In this document: positions 11,642 through 28,809 of the stretch, piece after piece
Layout of the letters: each line of letters begins with the position of its first letter
How positions within the stretch are numbered: the stretch's first letter is position 1
Source of the DNA: Tubiluchus corallicola
Taxonomy: Eukaryota; Animalia; Priapulida
NCBI GenBank assembly: GCA_030141605.1
Contig: JAQGDQ010001698.1
Coordinates: forward strand, 1 to 28,809
DNA: 28,809 bases
Direction of reading: 5' to 3'
Program-made: the position numbers and the translations under genes
The notes under the pieces: generated by a model
What the model was told of the DNA's origin: nothing
Databases searched by the model: none
What the model saw: only the letters and a program-made list of their open reading frames with translations

Positions 11642-11857
11642 AACAAAACACACAAAAAACAAAACAACACAAAAAACAAAACACACAAAAACAAAACACA
11701 CAAAAAACAAAACACACAAAAAACAAAACACACAAAAAACAAAACACAAAAAAAAAAACACACAAAAACAAAACACCAAAAAACAAACACCAAAAAACAA
11801 ACACCAACAAACACAAAAACAAACAACAAAAAACAAAACACCAAAAACAAAACAACA
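11642..11857. repeat. A/C-only low-complexity tract (ACACAAAAAACAAA-like)
   Basis: Seen directly; it generates the spurious F/C/V/L-rich ORFs at 11629-11892. Confidence 0.95.
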
Positions 11858-12246
11858 AATTTATAGGTGTGTTTCAGGTAAGACTTGTACACTTAAAATT
11901 TAGGTGTTTTCAGGTAAGACTTGTACACTTAAAATTTATGGTGTGTTTCAGTAGACAATAAAATTTATATTTGGTAAGACTGTACACTTAAAATTTATAG
12001 GTGTTTTCAGGTAAGACTTGACACTTAAAATTTATAGGTGTGTTTTCAGGTAAGACTTGTACACTTAAAATTTATAGGTGTGTTTTCAGGTAAGACTTGT
12101 ACACTTAAAATTTATAGGTGTGTTTTCAGGTAAGACTTGTACACTTAAAATTTATAGGTGTGTTTTCAGGTAAGACTTGTACACTTAAAATTTATAGGTG
12201 TGTTTTCAGGTAAGACTTGTACACTTAAAATTTATAGGTGTGTTTT
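11858..12246. repeat. 40-bp minisatellite, ~10 units (TTTATAGGTGTGTTTTCAGGTAAGACTTGTACACTTAAAA)
   Basis: Perfect units at 12031-12246, degenerate units at 11858-12030, and a partial unit at 11614-11642. Confidence 0.97.
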
Positions 12247-12449
12247 ACTTTAACACCACTCAAGAAAACGTAAAGGCCACATATCTGTGTTCTTGAGTGA
12301 GTGAAAAAAGCTTGAACGCAAAAGCTCAGCCCCGCAACAATAAAAAGGAGGGTAAAATCAATTGTTCCAAGAGATAATATTAAAAAAAAATTGTAGGTGT
12401 ATTAAATGATAAGATCTAAACAAATTAAGAAAATGGGCTTGTATTGTTT

Positions 12450-13005
12450 TTAGGCTTAATTTAATATTCACGAAAAATATTAGTTAAAACGATTTAGTAA
12501 TATAACTTAACGCGTCGTGACTAGTAAAATCACTTTAAAGTCGCGATCACGTTCATGCTTGGGTGCTCCGATTTTCAATGCCCATTCTTCTTCCAATGAC
12601 GTCATTCGTCTTGAAGGGACGTGATGTGATATTTTTCCATGAACTTTAAGTAAACTGCAGAATTTTGAATAAATTTAAGCAGCACGCGCTTATAAAAAAC
12701 CACGAAGTCTCCCAGTTGCGTCATGATTTCGAATGAATGGCGGTAATCACGGCGCCTGAAAATTTCTATTCAGAGGTGGTACATTTTTAATTTATGCTTT
12801 ATAGACAGTTCTTTGCAAATTACTTTGTTACATTTTTCTAAGTTTAAGTGATAATAGTAAAATAAACTCAGCCCACTGAGAGACTTGTTCTTTCTTCAAA
12901 ATGGGAGCACCGATTTTACTAATTACATAAGACGCTTACCGCACTTTTATTAGCAAATAATTCAAAAAATTTTCTCAAATACTAAAATACCTTCCCAGAA
13001 GGCGA
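12450..13005. mobile_element. Fragments of the 4810-5875 repeat family (inverted 12450-12890, direct 12897-13005)
   Basis: Shared blocks include TTTATTTTACTATTATCACTTAAACTTAGAAA, CCTCTGAATAGAAATTTT and GATCGCGACTTTAAAGTGATTTTACTA. Confidence 0.8.
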
Positions 13006-14932
13006 GAATTTTTAACATCGGCAGAAATCAAATTTTGACTGCAGTTATCCTAAATGGAGAATGCATAATTATTGTCTTGATTCGCAAATTGACGTTGCTA
13101 AGCATCTCATTCATATGGTTGATTCAAAAAATACGTTTCAAAGGGTGATTCCCAAGTATTTTCATTGGTTCATCAATGAAGTTTCATCAACTTCATTACA
13201 GCTTATTATCAAAAGTATAAAGGAGAGATCGTGAAGTGAAGGTCACTTGGCAAATGATAATAAACATTCAGTTTTAGCAGGATAAAGCTGATGAAGCCAT
13301 TTTTGAAGCCATGGATTTATTTTATGCTAGTCATTGTTAAGAATTGCGACAGATTGATAAGCACTTCCAACAAATATAAAAAGTGATTTACCATCAGCAA
13401 AGATCCGAGTTTCAGCATCTGTGTTAATTATAAAGTCGTTTTATGAAGTCATATGTAATAAAAAAGTAGGAGCTTCAAAGCAGAGCCATGTCAGACCCCA
13501 ACCGAATTTTACGCCGCCTCGAATGACTTCACATAAATAAGATTTTGCGTCTACTAAAAAGGTAAGATCTAAGCAAACTAAACAATTGGGTTTGTATTCT
13601 TCTTTTTTTTACTTCGCTCCTTAAAGATTGCGACAATATGTGTTCTTTTCCAGTCTTTCCGAAAACCTCATCTTTCTGAAAAAAATGTCCTTCCCTGCTA
13701 ACAACATAAAATGGGCAGAAAGTACATGCGATGCTTCAATTAGAAGATTGGGCTAATTTGATTACACCAACTGGATTTGCCGTTTTTGTGAATTAAGAAT
13801 CTCACTTGGTGTTGGTATACATGTAGTTGGTATAGTTACGACCTCCAGGGGAGGATTAAGTGTTCCACTGGACTAAGGTTACCATATCTACAAACAAGAG
13901 TCTACATCCGAATCTGCTATGCTTCTGAAGTTTACTCATATGGAATGTTACAGCAGAAAAATGCATAAATCAGGTAAAGTAAAGTATTAGCTTAAAAATA
14001 AAATATCAGACACGTGCAGATTTTAGGTTGCCATAAAATTACTTGGAAACCATTTAAAATGTTGTGGAGTTGCTCACTGCAGCCTTAGTCGTTACTCATG
14101 CTGAATGGGAATATCAAGCAGCTATACTCTGCTGGAAATTAAAACCACCATTTGCGCTTTTTGGTTTCGATTTTTATCATTGCCCACTTTGTCTTCAAAA
14201 GGCCATATTATAATTAACAGCCATTTCCATCTCTATTTAATCTGGTGCTTTATATTAATAATAGAATCGTCTTTGTGTGTTACGAAAGACTCTTCAAGGC
14301 TGGTCATTGCTCAGTATCTTCCCATTCATATTCCCTTGGGATAATGCCTGGAAATTTTGTTACGTAGATTTATAAATCAGATCATAATTAACATTTGCCA
14401 GGGCAAAACCCCACAAAAATAAACTTGAAACAACAACTCTCACACCACACAAATTACCCCCATCACACCACACCACCGACAGCACATCTCTCTCCTAACC
14501 ACTCTCTACCATGCTGCGCAACTGCATTTTACACAAAGTCAAAAACTGTCTAAAATGACCTTATTAGACACGCACATGAATGATCAATAACGCACGAAGA
14601 CTATACGTAGTATTTTCTTGGTTCATGCTGCTTCCTGCGTAGCCCACCACCTAACACAAAGTATTCCGCTACTTACAATATGGTTGAAATATGCTGGCAT
14701 TTCGATATGTGTTTGATTAACAAGGTGTTGTTTTGTAAGCAAGTAGTAAGAGACTAGGCTATACTGTATTGACATACGCTCATGCCCATGAAGTGAGCTG
14801 AAGATTTTAAAACAATTTGGCATAAGTCTCCTCTACTAAATATGCTTGTGTGAGTTTATGGCAAATCTTATGATAGTATAAAAATTTTCAAAAGCAAAAA
14901 AAAACATTTAAATAATAAAAAACCTATTTTTT

Positions 14933-21780
<6,848 letters not shown>

Positions 21781-21864
21781 TGCTACTCTTTATTTTTATC
21801 CTACATATTCAAGTGCATTTTAACTTGTTTTCATGGATAAGGTGTTTTTATGTGTGATGGATAG

Positions 21865-21996
21865 ATTCTATTTGTTATACTAAGCTGTCCTCACTAATTC
21901 TATTTGTTATGCTAAGCTGTTCTCAATAATTCTATTTGTTATGCTAAGCTGTTCTCAATAATTCTATTTGTTATGCTAAGCTGTTCTCAATAATTC
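21865..21996. repeat. 32-bp tandem repeat x4 (ATTCTATTTGTTATGCTAAGCTGTTCTCAATA)
   Basis: Units at 21865, 21897, 21929 and 21961. Confidence 0.96.
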
Positions 21997-23224
21997 AAAA
22001 TTTACCACATATCACAAAAACTGTTTTAATTGGCTCCAATGTGGTAATCCATCCACATCTGTCCCAATGTCGAGTAGTGTACTTTTCAATGTGCTTTTTT
22101 AGTTTCTTGGTTAATACAAGTGTCTCTAATAGATGATTCTATAAAGAGTTTTATAAAGGAGACAACTATATGAGGACTCATAGTACTAGCTTAGCACATA
22201 GTTCATCAGTCAGAGTGCCTGTCCAGGTCGTTCAAGTCGGTATTTGAGTCTGGCGCAAGTACATCATCAGCTACATCTGTATCTGTTTTGAAATTTATCT
22301 GTTATATCCACATAAGACGATATCCACATAATGTACAACGGTCGAAGCAATGATCTTCTTCTTTAACTTACTGAAGGTGCTTTAAATGTTACAGCAGCCT
22401 TATGGCAGAAGGCATACCTCAATTGTAAAGAAATGAGTTTGCCTGCTATTCTTCTCGCTTCATTCTTTTAAATTAATATTAACTCATGAGGCTCTCAAAA
22501 GTATTCTTCCAGTCATACATGTGTATACTGTAATATACGAAACGTATTATGATTGTTAAAACATCTAAAGTTTTTGTAAGAAAGGAAATAATTATTGTCG
22601 TGAGTACGATCGTCCATGCTGTATAGTTGCTTGCAGTTTTGTACAATTGTACTAACGACAATTATTATTTCTTTTCCTACAAAAACTTACATGATTTAAA
22701 AGATACCTGATAATCAGTTGTCTGCGAGGTTTCCAACCATAATGTTAGCCTATTAGGTTGCCACATTTGTAGTGCAAAGTAAAAATAACGCATTGTTACA
22801 TGATCGCTGACGTCAGCGCCCTAACGTCTCATGCTCAAGTGAGTCAGTACTCAAGTGTCTGGTGCACAAAGAGCCGCGCTGAAATCTCCTATGCCTCATA
22901 ATTTCGGAATGTGAATGATGTACGCCATGTTTGATTGCCATGCCACACATTATGACAGCTTTTCCTATCTTCATTTTCAGAAGTAACTCATCTCTCAATC
23001 ACTGAATTTCTTCCCAATTTCTGTTCCTCTCGGACGATGTGTTACTCAAAATAATAGATGACTTTGTCTTCTTTCTGCCACACATTAGATTATCCAGGAA
23101 GAGATCTAGCTCCACATCCATTTTTTAAGTGCATTAGATATAGGTTGGTCCACTTAGTAATGTCATTCAAGTAATTCATCAAACTGGACAGATCTGTGTC
23201 AGTAAAACTGTCGGTGAGACTTTT

Positions 23225-23315
23225 TACTTACTTACTGACTGACTCACTCACTCGCTCGCTCACTTACGCACGCATGCATGCACGCACGCACTCACCCACT
23301 CAATCACTCAGTCAC
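23225..23315. repeat. Compound tetranucleotide microsatellite (TTAC/TGAC/TCAC/TCGC/ACGC/ATGC)
   Basis: Seen directly in the sequence. Confidence 0.9.
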
Positions 23316-23988
23316 TGTCTGGTTTTTACTAGTGACTAATCTCATGTGCCTCGCACGAAATACCACTGCATCACTTCTAGTCTTTTCGCTTTGACATAGC
23401 TCCGTCATGATAGCTGCACTCTGTTCATTCTGACATCATAATTAATCTTTCAGGCTTATTTCATTGTTATGATACTTTTCGGAAAATCGTTTCTCATATC
23501 ATTGCAGTTAGTAACTAGCGAAGAAATCAAACAACTCATTGTTCTCTTTCACAAATTTCATTGTTGTGGCAGTAGCGAACAATGGCTGAATAGGTTGATT
23601 ATAATGGTTGGATAGCCCCGACGACTGTCGGTGTTATAGGTGTTTTTCAAATTCGCGGCGTCCCATACCAGGGGTTTCCCAGACCTATACGCTCAGAACT
23701 GCAGCGTTGAAAACCTGTTGATAACACGTGCATCCTCTCGGAAAGAGGACGAAACAGTCTACAAAGTATTGGTGGTTTCTTCAAGAGAGATGTATACTAG
23801 ACGAAACGGCAGGGGTGTATTTCGAAGTTATTTTTCTAACCCCTGTGCTGCACGCTATTTGGAACATCCATTGTCTTTGAGTTTGAAAAATTTCGTGGCT
23901 GTTCCAGGCATTGCTCTCACCCACGTTCTTCTACTGTGTTATAGATTGTACATAAAAGAATGTTCTGTAAATTTGTGATCTTACGAGA

Positions 23989-24252
23989 CCTTACCTTAGA
24001 CCTTAGTCCTTCCTGCGCATTGATGCACATTGGGCAGACAGCATTTTCCACTGAGTTCTATCGGCGGCTTCGTTCTCTACGTTTTCCCAACGTCTGTTGA
24101 CAGCTCGAAGGTCTTCTTTGAAGGATCTGCGCCACGTTGTTTTTGGCCGACCTCTTTTTCGTTTCCCACCAGGTGGTTCCCACTGTACTGCTGTTTTGGC
24201 GTAGCGACTTTCTGATAGACGGAGAATATGTCCAGCCAGTTTCATTCTTCTC
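23989..24252 (-). mobile_element. 5'-truncated RTE-clade LINE (ORF C-terminus plus short tandem tail) with target-site duplication
   Basis: LAGHILR...WEPPGGKRKRGRPKTTW...AADRTQW is the typical RTE C-terminus. The tail reads TAAGGTC-TAAGG-TAAGGTC, and TCTTACGAGA is duplicated at 23979-23988 and 24253-24262. Confidence 0.9.
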
Positions 24253-26429
24253 TCTTACGAGAAGCAGTTGGGATATAATTTTTATTTCTTCAGAAATTCC
24301 AAAATAAATTCCAAATTTTGGAGTTTAAATTGCAGTATTTTTGTTTCAGGCAACACCATATGTTCACCTAGATAACAGAGAAGTGTTGCAAACCTCCCTT
24401 TGCAGCATATAGCTCTGTAAAATGATTTTTTTAACCAATTGCTGAAGAAATTTCGTATTTCTAGATATTCTTTATTTAATAATATTTCGGGAACTTTCGT
24501 TATACACGTGATTAAGTTTGAAACTGATGAAGATAAAATTTTATAAGTAAAGACGAAATGAATGTCTTTGAATTAAACGATAAACATCGTTAGTAGAATT
24601 ATAACAAGACTTGACAACATGCATAAACAATATAGTGGATCGCCTTTTTTCTGCTTGCTGCCCTCATATATCCATTCCAACTTGCCCCAAAACTTGGTTT
24701 GGTACTAAAAGGAGCAGCTCGACGCTAGTTGATCATTTTATCCATCTAGTAACACATATTAAGCTAAACATTCATAGTGTTACCTAAATTGGTATTTATC
24801 ATGTTATAAAAACACATGGTCGGTTAAGGGTTAAATAGTTGAACATAGAGCTTAAATAAATTTTAATCTTATAAGTCTTTCCGTTTCCTCACTTATTAAT
24901 TGGTTGTTAATAATTATTTTTAATTATTAATAATTATTAATTTTCCTCCACTAATACAAGCATTTTCAAATTATTAACATATACTATAGCCATTATGCGA
25001 ATTATTTTCTGTTGACTGCCAATGTTTTAATGACAGTCAGTGAAATTCATGTTGCCCATGAAAAAAATTATTGATTTTGCTCTTACCAAATTCTCATTTT
25101 TGTCAGCACAGCACTTATAGTGTGGAACATGCGTTATTTTGTAATAATAACTGTTGTATTATGAAATGCACAATATATTTAGTACTCCAAGCCAAATTGC
25201 ACCCCGAAAGAAATAATAGCACCTCATCAAAAGCAACTTCGACAATAAATACTACAAAAAAACGATTAAGAAATCTGGTGCTCGGATATGTGCAATGAGG
25301 TTGCAAAGTTCCCATTTGTATTACATTTTTTGAAAGGTAAACATTTGTGTTTATTCTGTTAAAGATATTTTAGCTTGAGCTAACATAACATGTTTGCAGT
25401 GCAATTGCAAGTTGAACACACCTTTCTTAAGACAGCCAGATTAATTTCACGTTAGAAAAGTTTGAAGTATGATATATAGAGGTTTAATGTATAGCAAAAC
25501 ACTTAGTAAAATGTTAAATTTGGGACGCCATGTTATTAACTCTTTACCTACCAAGGTGGGATAAAAAGTTACCCCAACCATGTGTTTTTCTCACATTTTT
25601 TTTGATGCCCGCAACTAAAAATTATCAAACTAGTAATATTTTTTATATTTGTTATTATTAAATATTTTGCAATTTGTTATGCAACAATACCATGAGTTTT
25701 TGAAAACTAGTATTCATGCTTTTTTTTACAAAACACGAGTGCCACGTACTGTATGTGGGGTAGCAAAATTTCGAGTTTACATTGCAGTGATTTTCTTTCT
25801 GGCGAGCACAAGCCAGACTCGTTCCCAATGCTATGCTGCTATGTCTCATAGATGAGCGTCAGAGCAAGGCAAGGTACTTCATCAGTGCCATCACTGCCAC
25901 ACTGACAATCCTGCTTGCAATGCTCACGGCCACATCTCCTGTGACAAATTTACAATTTATTTTGTAATTTATTGTAATTCGTATTTATTATATTTAATAT
26001 TTCAAAATCTCATTTTAACTTTGTAAATATCTGAAAATCTCTTTTCCTTTTGTTGTGTTTCACTTGCCCGTCTAGGACGTAGAAGGTGAATAAACTCATT
26101 CTAAATCGGAAAAATCCAACATTCATACTTTTGTTATTGTTGGGGCCTCATAGTATCTTTAGCCTTTGCCGTGTATCTCAGTCACGTGCACATGTGTATG
26201 ATACTCCTTTTGGAGACGAACAGCCCAAATCAGCCTGAGAATGAAATGGTATAAAGAGAGAACAGAAAATGTTCATACCCAATAACTGCCTTCTAGAATT
26301 CAGGAATCGAGACGACGCCTCTACAAACAGATTTTTTTAAATGCCTTGGAATGATTGCCAACACTGGAGTCAATACAAATGTCAACACTATTGTTTTTTT
26401 GGAAACGTTAAAGATCTGAGTTTTTTTAC

Positions 26430-26693
26430 AATTGCAATTGCAAAGAATAAATGGAAAAGTTACTAACGATGTTTATCGTGGTTTGTAATGTAAAATCTTT
26501 TATATAATGTAACATGTTAGTAATGGGTCAAATGTTTACAATTAAGCTGTTCTTAACAGAACAACAAAATTTATTTTTTAACTTTTTTTTATTCCAGTAA
26601 GATTCTTTCTCCTGCCATGTGAATGGTACATCGCAATGGATCTTATTTGACAGAACCTGTAAAAGTAAATTGACTTGCTATTCAGCATAGCAC
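26430..26693 (+). pseudogene. Inverted pseudogenic relic of a GXYLT-like paralog: intron-5 flank plus exon 6 (exon part 26598-26693)
   Basis: RFFLLPCEWYIAMDLI*Q...VKVN*LAIQHST versus exon 6 RIFVLPCEWNIGMDIIRQ...AKVNGLGILHGT. TGA stops at 26648-26650 and 26671-26673, a 13-bp deletion, and a homologous acceptor and upstream intron sequence. Confidence 0.87.
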
Positions 26694-27789
26694 GAAAATG
26701 ACATATAGTCTGTTGGTGACAGTCTAAACTCGATATAAATTAAATTCTGTTAGTGTGCAGGGCCACGCATTCGCGTATTCAGCTCACTCACTAGTTGCCT
26801 TTGATCCTGTAATTTTTATGTTGCTCTGTGATAAACGATCCATGTCAAGCATCAGTGACACGTTCTGAACGCAACTCTGTCCTGGTGTTACTGTCACGTT
26901 CTTTTAATCAATTCTCCTTTTTGACGTCAGACAATCGAATCTAAAACAGTAAAAAATACATGTATTGTTGCTGAGAAGTTTAAAAGAATTAGATCAGAAC
27001 AGCTGCTTTTACTTGTAGTTATTGCTTTGCGTGCAATTTTTGTTGGCCTGCAAGCTTCTTTTATAGCAGGTAGGTCTGACTGTCTAGCAAAAACATTTAA
27101 AGCAAAACAGGACACAATCTTAAATTGTAAGTCAAAATAATCCATTCTATAAAATAGCATATGAAAATTTTCATTTAACAGAAACTACTTATGATTCAGC
27201 TCGAATATATACGAGCTTAACATGGTATGGAAGTAGTGCTGAGAATGAATGATAGCCTTATGAAAGAGTAAAAAGGTTGAAAAAATGCAGATCAGTAATC
27301 TTGCAGTGTAAAACCAGTTTTTTTTTGTTTTAAATCGTTTGCTGAAAGATATTATATAATATTATATGAAAATTATCAGTTGTAAAAAAAACTCGAAAGC
27401 TTTTAGTTTCTGAGAACATGTTCCTATAATGTAGGCTATTCGTGAATTCATGGAAAAAAGATTTAATCAAATTTTTTTGTTTCCCAGGGCATTATTTTCC
27501 TTTTTTTTATTTGTTAATATTTTTGTTCTTGCATTTTTTCTCCTTTGCACACTTTTTCTGGGCTTTATTTTTACGTTTATTTCTTCTCACTTTGTTACTT
27601 TATTATTACATTATTTTACTCGTTTATTTTTAGTTTACATGCATAAAAACGTCTACTGTGTTTTGGAACTCGAGTATAATTCTAGACATTTTAATATGAC
27701 TTAAAGCACAAGAAATCCCTCCATGTACATAAAGCTTAAAAAATTTGTCTTGAAATTTTATATCACTTACATATTGCTTTTTTAAATAA

Positions 27790-27814
27790 AGGACTTCAAT
27801 CGGGAGTACCACTG
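27790..27814 (-). mobile_element. Isolated pogo/Tigger-like terminus
   Basis: The reverse complement reads TA-CAGTGGTACTCCCGATTGAAGTCC. No partner end was found. Confidence 0.3.
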
Positions 27815-28074
27815 TATAAGACACGTAAATTTAAGCTCCCACAATAATCGTTAGCAGCCATTTTGAGGATAAGTCATTTGAAACAAGTTGAAATAACATT
27901 GTGTATAGACTGAAAAAATAATCAGCGCATTCGTAACGCACGCGTCGCTAACTAAATAAAATGTAAAATTACTGTATGTTGTCAAGAAGATTTAAATACA
28001 TCCTTGGTTAGTAAGTGGTGCACCCTAGAGGGTGAGTCAGCAACATTTTGCCAATTGGTGAAAACTTAAAAAAT

Positions 28075-28330
28075 TAATCATTTTCTTTTTCTAGTTACAT
28101 AAGTCTTTCCAGCACGTAAGCGAAAAGCTAAGTAATATAGATTTGCATGGAAAGTTTTTGGGACATAATTTAACATTTCCTTTTCTTCCCCTGATTTACG
28201 TTTGCGTTGTGATGGCGACTTCAGAACAGTATTGTGGGAGATTTAAAATGAAAACAAACAAAAATTCCTTTTAACGCGAGTACGATATACGCATAAAAAT
28301 GCCATACAATAATATAATTTTTTAAGACAT
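28075..28330 (-). mobile_element. Inverted fragment of the 4810-5875 repeat family
   Basis: The reverse complement matches 5640-5875 (TTTTATGCGTA.ATCGTACTCG, AACGTAAATCAGGGGAAGAAAA, TAGAAAAGAAAAT). Confidence 0.8.
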
Positions 28331-28809
28331 AAGTTGGAGTTAAACATGCCAATTTTGCTTCAATTGATTCTTGATTCACTTATTCACAATTGACCAACAA
28401 AAGATGTGTCATAGTCGCTTAAAAACTTAACAAAAAATCAAATTATGCCTACTTTGTTTTGTGAAAACAGATATAATTTAATATCTGTAAGACGTACAGC
28501 TTTAGGCAAGGTTATTTTTCATTATTTGGACAATGTTTATGTGTACAGTAGGGTATGGACCAATAGGTTTTACCAAAGCCATAAAGATATTTAGATAATC
28601 TTAACACACTGACAAGATTGCGCGCTTGATTTGCACGCAATCAGTCTTTCAATGGCTAGTTTCGGACTTTCAGTTCTGACTTAGGCATTTTAATAAATTT
28701 TGCGGTTATAAACCTGTAAGAAGTAGAAGAGCTAGATTGCAATCATTGTTTCATAGGTATTTTATCTTTACCAGTCACAATGTGTTTAGTTACTGTTGTA
28801 CTGTTTTTT

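Noticed and set aside
11629-11892. Hydrophobic F/C/V/L 'membrane protein' ORFs
   Set aside because: Artefacts of the A/C low-complexity tract.
13654-14350. Exon-like segments with plausible splice signals downstream of the gene
   Set aside because: The frames I translated contained stops and showed no recognisable homology.
23640-23978. 112-codon + strand ORF
   Set aside because: Non-ATG start, no motifs and no coherent splice sites.
24824-25580. piggyBac-like termini (AGGGTTAA ~24827, TTAACTCTTT ~25537; similar words at 4382 and ~16178)
   Set aside because: The two ends here face away from each other, and no matching TIR pair could be established.
26310-26365. Possible CR1/L2 3'-end relic (LYKQIF..WND-like)
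   Set aside because: Too short and degenerate to support.
26818-26870. Possible relic of paralog exon 7 (LCDK vs LCDP)
   Set aside because: Only a three-residue match and no acceptor site.

Overview
AT-rich eukaryotic genomic DNA, probably from an invertebrate animal; it is not prokaryotic, and I found no CRISPR array, rRNA or intact tRNA. One intact spliced gene can be built by hand: a 7-exon minus-strand gene (21780->14933, 1137 nt, 378 aa, all GT-AG introns with compatible phases). It encodes a type-II membrane GT8 glycosyltransferase resembling glucoside xylosyltransferase (GXYLT1/2, Drosophila Shams). It is divergent: GDQD->GDQC, HGNRG->HGTSK, and several family cysteines are lost. An inverted, pseudogenised genomic copy of exon 6 plus its intron flank lies at ~26.4-26.7 kb. 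The rest is mostly repeats: a 32-bp satellite with higher-order structure; 49-, 25-, 40- and 32-bp minisatellites; microsatellites; a ~4.3-kb foldback-like palindrome (~6.0-10.3 kb) built from a duplicated ~1.4-kb unit, containing a 26-bp micro-inversion; a dispersed ~1-kb repeat family; a 5'-truncated RTE LINE with a target-site duplication; and decayed LINE/DNA-transposon relics. Identities were estimated by eye and family motifs recalled from memory; no database search was run. I see no clear evidence for a wholly new system. The best leads are the divergent GT8 paralog with its dead sister copy and the foldback structure.
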